The notes under the pieces are model-generated. The model saw only the letters and a list, made by a program, of their open reading frames with translations, searched no databases and was not told where the DNA came from. A DNA stretch of 54,239 nucleotides, taken from assembly GCA_018716065.1 (NCBI GenBank), contig DVKJ01000037.1, forward strand, positions 1 to 54,239. The letters are read 5' to 3'. Positions 40,383 through 51,214 of this stretch are shown here, one piece after another. The stretch's first letter is position 1, and each line of letters starts with the position of its first letter. The position numbers and the translations under genes were made by a program. The stretch comes from Candidatus Pelethosoma merdigallinarum (GTDB lineage: Bacteria > Bacillota_I > Bacilli_A > RF39 > UBA660).

Positions 40383-41456
40383 CTATGAGGCTTTTTCTTC
40401 TTTGTTATCTTTAATATCTTTCCATTTATCGACAATATCTTCTTTAAAATATTTAAGGGTACTGATGATTAAAATCGCAACTGGTAAAGAAATAATAATA
40501 CCTACAACACCAGCGAGGATTCCACCTGCAAATACGGATAAGATGACAATGATGGGATGAACACTATTTGTTTTTCCGTATACAAATGGATTAATGACAT
40601 AACCATCTAAATTAGATAAAATAAAGAAGGCAATGAGTGTTCGAATAAATAAGGCTGGACTAATCACAAAGGCCGTTATACTGGCAATACAGTTGGTGAT
40701 AATCCCCCCAAAATATGGGATTAACGTTGCCACTGCAGCTAAGAATCCGAGTAATAAAGCATTTGGATGTCCAATGATGTAAAAGGCAATGGTATATTCA
40801 AATAGAGTAATTAATACAATCTTGAAGAATCCATTGAAATAATTGGTCATTTCATGATCTAATAATTGTACATAACGATATGTTTTTTTGGAACGAAGGC
40901 GTAAGAAACGTTTGACTCCATCACGAATTTTTCCCATGTCAATTAAGAAATAAATGGCTGCGGAAAAACCAATGACAATCATGGAAATTGCATTCATTGA
41001 TACACCTATAAAGTTCATGGCTCCATCGGAAATATACTTACTTAAGCTTTTGATAATATCATTGAACGCAGCCGAAAGATCGGCTTGTAATGGTCCAATA
41101 TTTAAATCATAATCTAAAGATAACTCTTTAAGGAAAGCAATAATACTATTAAATAAACTACTTAATTGTTCAAATAATAATGGAGCGATTAAACCAATGG
41201 TAATGGCTAAAAGTCCTAATACAAGTCCAATCACAATAAAGACCGCAATTCCTTTTGGAATCTTTTTGCTTTCTAAATAATGAAGAAAAGGATATAAAGC
41301 ATAGGCAAAGGCAAAGGCAAATAAGAAAGGTCCCACAATAGAGAAAATCTTACTTGCTACTCCTGTCCATAAGTTTCCTGTTTGATACATTAAGAAAACA
41401 ATACCAGTTAATAATAAGAAGTTTAATAATTTATAATTGACTTTATTTTTTAACAT
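40383..41456 (-). CDS. AI-2E family (PerM/UPF0118) transporter
   Basis: Multiple TM helices, LIPYFG, DGYVINPFVYG...VHP motifs. Confidence 0.92.
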   Translation of the reverse strand: MLKNKVNYKLLNFLLLTGIVFLMYQTGNLWTGVASKIFSIVGPFLFAFAFAYALYPFLHYLESKKIPKGIAVFIVIGLVLGLLAITIGLIAPLLFEQLSSLFNSIIAFLKELSLDYDLNIGPLQADLSAAFNDIIKSLSKYISDGAMNFIGVSMNAISMIVIGFSAAIYFLIDMGKIRDGVKRFLRLRSKKTYRYVQLLDHEMTNYFNGFFKIVLITLFEYTIAFYIIGHPNALLLGFLAAVATLIPYFGGIITNCIASITAFVISPALFIRTLIAFFILSNLDGYVINPFVYGKTNSVHPIIVILSVFAGGILAGVVGIIISLPVAILIISTLKYFKEDIVDKWKDIKDNKEEKAS

Positions 41457-41457
41457 A

Positions 41458-41901
41458 TTAAGACCTACTTTCTAACATAAAAGTAGCTGGTCCATCATTA
41501 GTAATGGATACTTTCATGTTTGCACCAAAGATTCCTGTCGCATATGGAATTTGTAGTGCGCTCAATTTTTGATTAAAAAGTTCATAAAGTTGACTACTCT
41601 CTTCCCCTCGTAAGGCATGGATGTAGCTAGGACGACGTCCTTTTTTGGTATCCGCATACAAAGTAAATTGCGAAATACTTAAAACACTTCCTCCTACATC
41701 TAATAAAGAACGATTCATAACTCCTTCTTCATCATCAAAGACACGAAGATGAATCATTTTATCGATTAAATAATCGATTTCTTTTTCTGTATCTCCCTCA
41801 GTAAAACTAACTAGGGCAACAAATCCGAAAGGAATTTCTCCAACTACGTTTCCATCTACTTCGACACTGGAATGAAGGGAGCGTTGTAATAATAAACGCA
41901 T
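41458..41901 (-). CDS. dtd: D-aminoacyl-tRNA deacylase
   Basis: MRLLLQR, SQFTL, GRRPS, NDGP; downstream of relA. Confidence 0.97.
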   Translation of the reverse strand: MRLLLQRSLHSSVEVDGNVVGEIPFGFVALVSFTEGDTEKEIDYLIDKMIHLRVFDDEEGVMNRSLLDVGGSVLSISQFTLYADTKKGRRPSYIHALRGEESSQLYELFNQKLSALQIPYATGIFGANMKVSITNDGPATFMLESRS

Positions 41902-44090
41902 TATTGGATCACCCTTTCTACATCGATAACATCAGGGATAGAACGTATATCAGTCATGAACTTCTCTAGGTGTTCTACATCGGGAACGGTAACAATTAAT
42001 TCAATGGTTGATCCATCCACATTCGTTGTTAGTGTTCGAATACTTTGAACCATAATCGTAGAGTTCGCTGTTTTGGTAATAATCTTTAGTAATACATCTT
42101 TTTGATTCATTGTGTGAACCAATATCGTAGTTGGATATTTTTTGTTAATTTCTGAATTCCATGAAACATCAATGATTCGTTCTTCAACGTCTTTCATATT
42201 AGGACAAGATAGACGATGAACCATAATTCCATTCCCTTTGGTAATAAATCCTACAATCGGATCTCCTGGAATTGGTTTACAACAAGCCGCTACATTGACT
42301 TTAATTTGATCAATTCCTCGAACGATAATATCATTCTTTATATTAGGAGAAGTAATATTCTGATGAGAGGTTGCTTTCTTTAAGATAATATCTTCTTTGG
42401 TATCTGCTTCATGATAAATCAAATTCATTAACGTTCCCATTGGTAATTTATTATTTCCTAAATTTTTGTAAACTTCATCCATATCTTTATATTTTAATTC
42501 TTGTAAAATTTTATCGATATTTTCCGTACTCAAGAATTCATTAAATGGAATTTTACGTTTACGTAATTCTTCTTTTAAGAGTTCTTCTCCTCTTTTTAAA
42601 TATTCCTCTTTATCAATCTTGTTAAAGTAGGAACGTATTTTATTTTTAGCTTGGGTTGTATGTGCAATATTTAGCCATTCTTTACTTGGTCCTTTAGAGT
42701 GTTGATTGGTTTTAATTTTAACGACATCATTATCTTGAAGTTGATAATCTAATGGGACAATATTTCCATTGACAATCGCACCAACCATTTTATTTCCAAC
42801 ATTGGTGTGAACACGATAAGCGAAATCAATGGGTGTAGAACCTTTTGCTAGTTCAATGACATCGCCATTCGGTGTAAACACATAAACGGATGTATTTAAA
42901 ACATCTTCTTTTAAGGTATTTACGACTTCATCATCACTCGCATCTTGGGCTTGTAATTCCATAATTGCTTTAAAGAATTGAAGTTTTTGTTCCATGGCAT
43001 TTTGTAAAGAAGCTTTGGTATTACTTCCTTTTTCTTTATAAGACCAATGGGATGCGATTCCGTTTTCCGCAATTTCATCCATTTCATATGTACGAATTTG
43101 AATTTCAAAGAGTTCTCCATGTACCCCAAATACCGTGGTGTGAAGAGATTGATACATATTAGCCTTTGGCATCGCAATATAATCTTTAAATCTTCTTGGC
43201 ATTGGTTTATAAACCTCATGAATATACCCTAGTGCTTGGTAACATTCTTCTTTGGTTTCTACATATACACGAAGAGCAAGTAAATCATAGATATCGGAAA
43301 ACTTCTTTCCTTTATCCAATTTCTTATAAATACTATAAATACTCTTAGAACGTCCTTTTATTTTATGTTCTATCCCTTTTTCATTTAAAATCTGAGAAAC
43401 ACTTTCAATCATATCCGATACATTGCGATCACGTTCGGCTTTCGTTTGATTTAACATTTCTACAATGGAAAAATAAATATCTGGTTTATAGTAACGAAGG
43501 GATAAATCTTCTAATTCACTTTTTAAATGACCAATACCTAAACGATGGGCAATCGGCGTTAAAATATCTAAAGTTTCTTTTGCTTTTTCTTTTTGTGCCT
43601 TTTCAGGAATCGCCCAAAGCGTACGCATGTTGTGTAAACGATCAGCGAGTTTTAGAATAATAATTCTTACATCCTCTGTTAAACCTACTAAGATTTTACG
43701 ATTAGAAGCAATCACAGACTGATTATCTCCTTCAAAATTTAAACGATTAATTTTCGTTAATCCTTGAACTAAATCGGCAATCGTCTCACCAAATTCTTCT
43801 TTTAAATGATCGTATTCTTCTTCATGATCTTCTAAAAGATCGTGTAAAAGACCCGCACATATCGTCTCATAATCGGCACGAACATCGGTTAAAATGATAG
43901 CTACATTTAAAGGGTGGACCATATAGTCCTCCCCTGTTAAACGTGTTTCTCCGGCGTGTTTTTCACTCGAATATTCATAGGCTTTTTTGATTAAATCTAT
44001 TTCTTCTTCCGAAGTGATATAAGAAGAAACTTTTCCTAATAATTCTTCATAATAACCATTTAATTTTTGTTGAACCAATGGAATCACCAC
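41901..44090 (-). CDS. relA: Bifunctional (p)ppGpp synthase/hydrolase Rel
   Basis: LLHDLLED (HD), KLADRLHNMRT, RFKDYIA.PK.N.YQSLHT, EIQIRT; TGS and ACT domains. Confidence 0.97.
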   Translation of the reverse strand: MVIPLVQQKLNGYYEELLGKVSSYITSEEEIDLIKKAYEYSSEKHAGETRLTGEDYMVHPLNVAIILTDVRADYETICAGLLHDLLEDHEEEYDHLKEEFGETIADLVQGLTKINRLNFEGDNQSVIASNRKILVGLTEDVRIIILKLADRLHNMRTLWAIPEKAQKEKAKETLDILTPIAHRLGIGHLKSELEDLSLRYYKPDIYFSIVEMLNQTKAERDRNVSDMIESVSQILNEKGIEHKIKGRSKSIYSIYKKLDKGKKFSDIYDLLALRVYVETKEECYQALGYIHEVYKPMPRRFKDYIAMPKANMYQSLHTTVFGVHGELFEIQIRTYEMDEIAENGIASHWSYKEKGSNTKASLQNAMEQKLQFFKAIMELQAQDASDDEVVNTLKEDVLNTSVYVFTPNGDVIELAKGSTPIDFAYRVHTNVGNKMVGAIVNGNIVPLDYQLQDNDVVKIKTNQHSKGPSKEWLNIAHTTQAKNKIRSYFNKIDKEEYLKRGEELLKEELRKRKIPFNEFLSTENIDKILQELKYKDMDEVYKNLGNNKLPMGTLMNLIYHEADTKEDIILKKATSHQNITSPNIKNDIIVRGIDQIKVNVAACCKPIPGDPIVGFITKGNGIMVHRLSCPNMKDVEERIIDVSWNSEINKKYPTTILVHTMNQKDVLLKIITKTANSTIMVQSIRTLTTNVDGSTIELIVTVPDVEHLEKFMTDIRSIPDVIDVERVIQ

Positions 44091-44100
44091 TTTCTATAGT

Positions 44101-46362
44101 TTATGCATTAATTCCCTTTATTTTCTTTTCTTCTGGTTCATTATCTTCTTCATACCATTTTTTCTTTCTTGGTTTTCCAATTTTTTTCTTTTCGATATCA
44201 AACCATAATTGACTGGCAATACAAATCGAAGAATAAACTCCAGATACTAATCCAAATAATAAGGCAATATTAAAGTTTAAGATTTCATGACTACCTAAAA
44301 GAATCAATGAAACAACTGGAATTAATGTTGTTAAAGTTGTTACGATACTACGATCTAAGGTTTGTCTTAAACTAGTATTGACAACATTTTGAAGTTGTTC
44401 TTTCTTTTTAATTCCATTTGGATATAAAACTTTTTTATTTTCACGAATACGATCAAAAGTAACAATCGTATCGTTAATAGAATATCCAATGATAGAAAGA
44501 ACAGCGGCAATGAAAATACTGGTTACTTCTAAATGAAGAATACTGAATAGTGCGACAATGAAGAATGTGTCATGTAGTAAGGCTACAATCGCACTGATCG
44601 CATAACTAAAGCGGAAACGGAAAGATAAATATAGAACAATTCCAATACTAGCTAAAACAAGAGAAATAATCGCATTTTTAATTAATTCTTGTTTTACCAT
44701 ATTAGAAATTACACCAATATCTGTTTGCGCTTGATACTTATTTGTAAAATAATCTTCCGTTTCTATAACTTGTTCTTTTGTTAAAGAATCTTCAATTTTT
44801 GCTTGAATGCTTTGATCATTTAACGTATCTACACTTGCGATTTCATATCCTAATTCTTCTAAATCTTTCGTAACTGTTTTTTCCGTCATTTGATTTCCTG
44901 CACTCAGAGTAATCGAAGTTCCCCCTTTAAAATCGATTCCTAATTGTAATCCTTGAGTAGCTAGAGAAACAACTCCAACCACAAGAAGAATCACACTGGC
45001 AATATAATACCATTTACGAGTTTTAATAAAATCAAGTTTTTCATAACGTGTTTTTTCACCACGAGCAAGTTGTTTTTTGTTACATCCGATAAATAAATTA
45101 TATTTATCATCAAAATATCCAGTATCGACAAATTTTTGTAGTAACCAACGAACAAATACAACCATAATTAACATTGTTGTAATAATACTAATAATTAACA
45201 TCGTTGCAAATCCACGTACACTACTCTCTCCAAAGATAAAGAGAATAACCGCCGTAATTAATGTCGTAAAGTTAGAATCAAAAATAGACATGAAAGAGTT
45301 TTTATTTCCTTCTTTATAAGCCATTTTTAATTTCGTTCCTTTACACAATTCATCACGAATACGGGAAAAGTTAATCACATTCGCATCGACAGCCATTCCA
45401 ATACCAATGACTACTGCCGCAATTCCTGGTAATGTAAGGACACCCCCAAATAGCCAGAATATTAAGAAGGTAAAGAAGGTATAAATAACCATTCCAACAC
45501 TTGCGATTAATCCACTAAAGCGATATAACGCAATTAATAGAACCATAATAAGAACAATTCCAACGACTCCAGCAACAAATGTTTTTTCAAGTGAATTTGC
45601 CCCAAAAGAAGCGGCAACTGTTTTCGATGAAACTTCTGTTAACTGTGTTGGTAAACTTCCTGAATTTAGTGAATTTACTAACTCTTCTGCTTCTTTCTCA
45701 GTAAAGTTTCCTTGAATAATGACATCATCGGCAAATCCTTGAGAAACAGTCGCAGCAGATAAACAACGACTAGATTCTAAGTTTCCACAAGATGCACTTT
45801 CACTACTAAAAGAATCTACGCCTTCTTCAAAGTCTAACCAAATAACAATGCGATTATCACTACTTTCACTAATACGCTTTGTTACTTTATAAAACTTATC
45901 TTTGTCGGCAACACTTAAGGCAACCGCAGGTTTCCCGCTAGCATCTTGGCTTACTTTTGCCCCACCACTACGTAGTACCGTACTATCCATAAGTAATTCA
46001 TCATCGGTATCACGGAAGGTCAAACTAGCTACACGGCCAAGGGTATTACGAGCCGTTTCAGGATCCGTTACTCCGGCAAGACCAACACGAATTTTATCGT
46101 CTCCTTCAACCGTAATTTCTGGTTCTGATACACCTAACCCATCAATACGTTTTTGAATTACTTTATATGTTCCGTTTACTTCTTCTGTGGTTGCTTTACT
46201 TCCATCAATTCCTTTTACTTGATAAAGAACTTCAAATCCCCCTTGTAAATCAAGTCCAAAATTTAAATTAGAAAATAATGGTTCAAATAAAAATCCAAAG
46301 ATTGCGACCATAATCGCACATAAAAACAATCTTTGAATGACTTTATTACGTTTCTTTTTCAT
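44101..46362 (-). CDS. secDF: Protein translocase subunit SecDF (fused)
   Basis: LNFGLDLQGG, GMAVDAN, GIDFKGG, GYSINDTIVTFDRIRE. Confidence 0.97.
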   Translation of the reverse strand: MKKKRNKVIQRLFLCAIMVAIFGFLFEPLFSNLNFGLDLQGGFEVLYQVKGIDGSKATTEEVNGTYKVIQKRIDGLGVSEPEITVEGDDKIRVGLAGVTDPETARNTLGRVASLTFRDTDDELLMDSTVLRSGGAKVSQDASGKPAVALSVADKDKFYKVTKRISESSDNRIVIWLDFEEGVDSFSSESASCGNLESSRCLSAATVSQGFADDVIIQGNFTEKEAEELVNSLNSGSLPTQLTEVSSKTVAASFGANSLEKTFVAGVVGIVLIMVLLIALYRFSGLIASVGMVIYTFFTFLIFWLFGGVLTLPGIAAVVIGIGMAVDANVINFSRIRDELCKGTKLKMAYKEGNKNSFMSIFDSNFTTLITAVILFIFGESSVRGFATMLIISIITTMLIMVVFVRWLLQKFVDTGYFDDKYNLFIGCNKKQLARGEKTRYEKLDFIKTRKWYYIASVILLVVGVVSLATQGLQLGIDFKGGTSITLSAGNQMTEKTVTKDLEELGYEIASVDTLNDQSIQAKIEDSLTKEQVIETEDYFTNKYQAQTDIGVISNMVKQELIKNAIISLVLASIGIVLYLSFRFRFSYAISAIVALLHDTFFIVALFSILHLEVTSIFIAAVLSIIGYSINDTIVTFDRIRENKKVLYPNGIKKKEQLQNVVNTSLRQTLDRSIVTTLTTLIPVVSLILLGSHEILNFNIALLFGLVSGVYSSICIASQLWFDIEKKKIGKPRKKKWYEEDNEPEEKKIKGINA

Positions 46363-46366
46363 CAAA

Positions 46367-46651
46367 TCATCTCCTACTTTCGTTGTCAAAATATACAGTG
46401 CGGTTTTTTAAATTTAACTTATCTTTAACATAATCCTCAATGAATTCATCTTCACAATTTAAGATATCATCTACCATCTCATGAAGTTGTAAACCATAAG
46501 CTGTTTTCCATTTCTTTTCTTTAAAGTAATTCCATATATCTTCTTCTTTGATATAGGTAAAACCATGGCGACGCATTTCTTCTTTTTTCGTTCGTAACGC
46601 TGGTTTTAAGCGTGTATATAATTCTTCTAAAGAATGAAAAGCTATTTCCAT
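46367..46651 (-). CDS. ComN/YrzD-like post-transcriptional regulator
   Basis: LKPAL..K.EE....G...I.EEDIWNY...KWK...LHEMVDDIL; lies upstream of secDF as in Bacillus. Confidence 0.8.
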   Translation of the reverse strand: MEIAFHSLEELYTRLKPALRTKKEEMRRHGFTYIKEEDIWNYFKEKKWKTAYGLQLHEMVDDILNCEDEFIEDYVKDKLNLKNRTVYFDNESRR

Positions 46652-46737
46652 ATTTACCCTCCTTGTTACCTACATATCCATTATACCAGAAATACTAGAA
46701 TTTGAAAGCAAAAACGAAAAAAACGAGAGTTTTCTCG

Positions 46738-47700
46738 TTAATTTGAAAGGGTTTGCTTTTTTACTTTGTTATTTTTTATTAGTGGTAAAAATTTTTCAAT
46801 TTCGTCATAGACTGGATAGTCTTGTGGAATATTCTTCCGAATACTTTCATAAATCCACGATAAAGCTACATCTATACTGATAGCTTGACCATCTGGAAAC
46901 TGTTTATTTTGATATAAACTGTTAATACTGTGATTCGTATCAATCTTAGCTGTAAAGCGATCTTCTTTCCCATCGAGAAAAACACAGATGTTTTCAAGTG
47001 TTTGCCCTTGATAATTAAAGAATAAATGAAAATCATTTTTTTCATCACTACGATAAAATTGACAAAAATATTTTCCTTCCTTATCCCTATATTGACCAAC
47101 CATATAGTTTAAGCACAACTCCTGAAGTAAATCGCACTGCGTAAACATTAAATAATCATAATTTTCTTTTTCTTCATAATCGGACTCTAAAACTAGTACA
47201 TACCCATAAGAAGTAGTTTTTAACATGTTATTGTTCGGTGTTGAAATGGGAAGTAAATTCGCTTGTAATTCCTCCTCGTTCTCTATCCCAATCAGTTCAC
47301 TTTTTCCTAGATATTCGGAATAGATCGAGAAATTAAAACGAGGCATCCATTCTTGTAAGAGACCAAAAAGAGGAGAATTTTGTATTTCACATTGTGAAAT
47401 ACGATTCAAAAAACGAGTACGTAAGGTTGACACCTCTTTATTTTCTTCTTTTAGTTTCTCTAAATAATTTAATTTGGAATCAAACCCTTGGTATAAAATA
47501 GGCGCACGAAGATGAATTTCAACATCTGACTCTAAGTACCTTTCAAAATCAGATTGTAAAATTTTAAAAAGTTCATCAAACGAATAATTTTCGTTTTGAA
47601 TAAAATCTACTGCCAAACTATTACAGTCCGTAAAACAGACACAATCATTCATGAGTAATAAAGATTCGATAAACCAATCGGTCACACTTTGATAAGTCAT
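46738..47700 (-). CDS. Hypothetical protein (orphan, probable paralog of the next gene)
   Basis: 320 aa ORF with GGGGG RBS. Confidence 0.75.
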   Translation of the reverse strand: MTYQSVTDWFIESLLLMNDCVCFTDCNSLAVDFIQNENYSFDELFKILQSDFERYLESDVEIHLRAPILYQGFDSKLNYLEKLKEENKEVSTLRTRFLNRISQCEIQNSPLFGLLQEWMPRFNFSIYSEYLGKSELIGIENEEELQANLLPISTPNNNMLKTTSYGYVLVLESDYEEKENYDYLMFTQCDLLQELCLNYMVGQYRDKEGKYFCQFYRSDEKNDFHLFFNYQGQTLENICVFLDGKEDRFTAKIDTNHSINSLYQNKQFPDGQAISIDVALSWIYESIRKNIPQDYPVYDEIEKFLPLIKNNKVKKQTLSN

Positions 47701-47712
47701 ATTTATTTCCCC

Positions 47713-48642
47713 CTATACTACTTTCTTTTTAACATAAGGTGTAATATCTAATTGTTGTTGTAAAAAAATACCCATAGGTGTAGTTAAATCGATATTGTCC
47801 TCAACTGTTTTTACTAAATCGCGATACAAAAGTTGAGGATCTAACGTTTGTGTACAATCTTGAGGAGCCTTATGAACCGTTAATACAGGATTACGATGTT
47901 CTTCAAAATAACATAAAAGATCCCAATCAGGTGATTGAACTTGAATGATAAATTGTGAAATGTGATCCGGTGTACCTAAAAAAGTAAATGTCATATTTTT
48001 ATTTTCTATTCCATCTATCCATTCATAACCAAATACTTTATCTTTTTGATCATACTGGGATAAAGTATAAATTTCTTGAATACAACCAGGGATATCTATT
48101 TTCGTACACTGAATTCCTTTGCTTTCTTCTGTTTGTGTATTACAAATATAATAAAATCCTTCTTCTTCCATACCAACCATTCCTCGCTCTTCTAAGAGAA
48201 AGAGAGAATATAACGGAATATTTTTTCTTCCCACACATTCTATACAAGGAATTGATTCCTCTGTTATTGTAAAATCAAATTGTTTTAACCATACGTTTAA
48301 CTCTTCCATCATAGGATATACATCCTGCGTATTTTGTTTCATTACAGAAAGAAGAGCGTGATAAAACTTTTCAAAACTATCATGATTTTCCTTCTTCCAA
48401 AAAGATAAAAAGTTATGATTCTCACATAGTAACTTTCGAATATTTTTTAATTCTTCTGAATCTCCAAAATGCTCATTCATTACCCTTTCACCTAAAAAAC
48501 TTTCTTTTATCTGATAAAACAAAGAATCAAAACTCACAATTTGTTTGTTTAATAATTTGGTCAATAAACTTTCCTTTTGTAAAAACAAAACATGTTCCGC
48601 AAGAAGGAAGGAATAGATGGTCTCGTTACAACTATTCTTCAT
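47713..48642 (-). CDS. Hypothetical protein (orphan)
   Basis: 309 aa ORF with AGGAGTGGTG RBS. Confidence 0.75.
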   Translation of the reverse strand: MKNSCNETIYSFLLAEHVLFLQKESLLTKLLNKQIVSFDSLFYQIKESFLGERVMNEHFGDSEELKNIRKLLCENHNFLSFWKKENHDSFEKFYHALLSVMKQNTQDVYPMMEELNVWLKQFDFTITEESIPCIECVGRKNIPLYSLFLLEERGMVGMEEEGFYYICNTQTEESKGIQCTKIDIPGCIQEIYTLSQYDQKDKVFGYEWIDGIENKNMTFTFLGTPDHISQFIIQVQSPDWDLLCYFEEHRNPVLTVHKAPQDCTQTLDPQLLYRDLVKTVEDNIDLTTPMGIFLQQQLDITPYVKKKVV

Positions 48643-48733
48643 GATTCACCACTCCTACTGGTATTGTATCACTTTTTCTCTTTATTTGAAATAATAATCA
48701 ACTTGTAACATATAGTTTTAGTGGTGAAGATCC

Positions 48734-50032
48734 GTGATAAGAAAAAGTACTTTTGTGAAATCAACGATTATTTTATTAATTGGTGGCGGCATTACTAAAT
48801 TACTTGGCATGGTAATTAAAATTGTCATGACACGAGCCATTGGAACAGAGGGAATTGGTCTTTATATGTTAATTTCGCCTACGTTTATGTTACTGATTGC
48901 GATTGCTCAATTAGGTTTTCCCATTGCCATTTCTACTTTAGTTGCCACCGAAAAAAAGAATAATAAAAATTTAGTTTTTTCTATCATTCCAATCGCTTTA
49001 CTCATTAATACTTTTCTATTAGTCTTTGTTTTTTTAATTAGTCAAACCCTAGCCACTCATTTATTACATGAAGAACGTGTTTATCTAGGAATCTTATCCA
49101 TGGCTTTTGTATTACCTTTTACCAGTATTTCTAGTATTCTTCGTGGATATTTTTTTGGCAAACAAAGAATGATTCCACACGTTGTTTCTAATATTACCGA
49201 AGATTTAGTACGTCTTGTCGTACTAGCTATTGGAATTCCTTATTTTCTAGGATTTGGATTAGAATACGCCGTAGCTTTTATCATCCTATCCAATATTTTT
49301 AGTGAATGTTCTTCCATTCTCGTTCTTTTCTTCTTTCTTCCCAAACACTTTAAATTATCCAAACAAGACTTTATTCCCAATAAACAAAATATAAAAGATA
49401 TTTTTAGTATTAGTTTACCTGCGACAGGAAGTCGTTTAATCGGAAATATTGGAGCCTTTTTTGAACCCATTATTTTATCTTTTATTTTACTACGAATTGG
49501 TTATTCCAATCATTTTATGGTTACCGAATATGGAATCTTAAATGGTTATATTATGCCTATTTTATTAATGCCTTCTTTCTTTACCACGGCCATTTCACAA
49601 GCTTTAATTCCCACGATTAGTAAAGCTTATAGTCATGGACATTTTAAGTATGCGAAAGGTAAAATTAAGCAAGCCATTGGTTTTTCCTTACTAATTGGAA
49701 TTCCCATGACCATCTTATTTGAATTAATACCAGAATTTGCTTTACAGTTTATTTATAACACCACCGAAGGTGTCACTTATTTACGTGTCCTCGCACCTGT
49801 CTTTCTTATTTTTTATGTTCAAGCACCACTAACCGCTGCCTTACAAGCAATGGGAAAAGCAAAAGAAGCGATGGCAGGTACCTTACAAGGTATGATTTTA
49901 AGAACGGTCCTCCTCCTCTTTCTCTCCACCCTTCACATTGGAATGTATGGACTGATTATTGCCAGTAGTGTGAATATTTTATATGTAACTTTCCATCAAT
50001 ACAAATATGTAAAAAAATACTTAAATGTGTGA
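48734..50032 (+). CDS. spoVB: Stage V sporulation protein B-like MOP flippase
   Basis: IGTEGIGLY, LG.PIAIS.LVA, ILRGYF.G.Q.M.P, ALIPTIS, Q.PL.AALQAMG; same neighbourhood as in Bacillus (yrbG, comN, secDF). Confidence 0.85.
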   Translation: MIRKSTFVKSTIILLIGGGITKLLGMVIKIVMTRAIGTEGIGLYMLISPTFMLLIAIAQLGFPIAISTLVATEKKNNKNLVFSIIPIALLINTFLLVFVFLISQTLATHLLHEERVYLGILSMAFVLPFTSISSILRGYFFGKQRMIPHVVSNITEDLVRLVVLAIGIPYFLGFGLEYAVAFIILSNIFSECSSILVLFFFLPKHFKLSKQDFIPNKQNIKDIFSISLPATGSRLIGNIGAFFEPIILSFILLRIGYSNHFMVTEYGILNGYIMPILLMPSFFTTAISQALIPTISKAYSHGHFKYAKGKIKQAIGFSLLIGIPMTILFELIPEFALQFIYNTTEGVTYLRVLAPVFLIFYVQAPLTAALQAMGKAKEAMAGTLQGMILRTVLLLFLSTLHIGMYGLIIASSVNILYVTFHQYKYVKKYLNV

Positions 50033-50059
50033 TATAATAGTACATTAGGAGTGAACACT

Positions 50060-51205
50060 ATGGAACAAAATATATATGAAGTCATGAATGACTTTGAAAA
50101 AATTATGGAAATTGCTCAAAAACATGCGGATCCATCTCATTCAAAATTTATCAAAAAAGAATATAAATATTTAGAAGAATCTTACCGTTATTATAATCGT
50201 AAATATAATCTTTCTTATTGTCCATTTGAAAATAACTTAAATCAAATCAATGGAAATTATAAACAAGGTACCAAATATATCGCAAGACACTTCTTTTATC
50301 CTATTAGTAGAAAATATGTTGGTACTATACTTACACAATTTCCATATCTCACAAAAAAAGAGGAAAAAGCATTAACCACAACCTGTTTTCAAAATATTGC
50401 TCATACGAAAAAAGGTTGGGAAATCAATCCCTACACCAGTTATATAAAAGAAACAAAAGAATTTTGTTCTTTGAGCGATCCGTTAGATTTTTTGGGTTCC
50501 GATGTCTTTTTATACGAAATGAGACAAACTCCTGTGGGAAGTGTCGCAATGGATCGTGTGTTATTAAAATATCAAACAAAATTAATTAAAGACATGAACG
50601 ATCACGGATTTATCAATCTTCTTCTTTCTCATGAACAAAAGAAGCATCATGTTCCGATTGTAAAAGAAAATCTCTGTCAATCTTTTCTTCAATTAAATAC
50701 AAACACAAGTGATTCACTTGCCCTATTTATCTTTTGGTTAAACAAATACATCAAATACTTAACTCTTCATCACCAACATGCACTACCAACAAAATTCGAA
50801 GAATGTCTCTTTCGAAATAAAAGACCCCCAAGATATTATCCTCGTCTCTTTATGGTAGTGACAGGCAAAAGTATGAAAGACTATCAAAAGACATTAGATC
50901 AACACCTAAAACTTCAACGAAAAATTAATGAATTATATCGTTTAAAAGATACTTGTCTTAATTTACTACTTAGAATGGAATATGAAAAGGATCGTTTATA
51001 TTTATCGGATAACAATGATTTAGTTTTAAATTATGTCAATATTTCTACTAATATTCAAGTATCCTTTCACATAAACGCAGAGAAATTAAATCGTAAATAT
51101 CTTGAACAAGTCCCATTTAAAGAAAGTGAACAAACCTCTCAATCTTTACCTTCTAAAACATTAAAAAAGGAATATAAACAATCGAAATTTGAACATCTAA
51201 TTTAA
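50060..51205 (+). CDS. Hypothetical protein (orphan)
   Basis: ORF with AGGAG RBS and upstream TGATATAAT; QVSFH near the C-terminus. Confidence 0.75.
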   Translation: MEQNIYEVMNDFEKIMEIAQKHADPSHSKFIKKEYKYLEESYRYYNRKYNLSYCPFENNLNQINGNYKQGTKYIARHFFYPISRKYVGTILTQFPYLTKKEEKALTTTCFQNIAHTKKGWEINPYTSYIKETKEFCSLSDPLDFLGSDVFLYEMRQTPVGSVAMDRVLLKYQTKLIKDMNDHGFINLLLSHEQKKHHVPIVKENLCQSFLQLNTNTSDSLALFIFWLNKYIKYLTLHHQHALPTKFEECLFRNKRPPRYYPRLFMVVTGKSMKDYQKTLDQHLKLQRKINELYRLKDTCLNLLLRMEYEKDRLYLSDNNDLVLNYVNISTNIQVSFHINAEKLNRKYLEQVPFKESEQTSQSLPSKTLKKEYKQSKFEHLI

Positions 51206-51214
51206 AAGTGAGTT

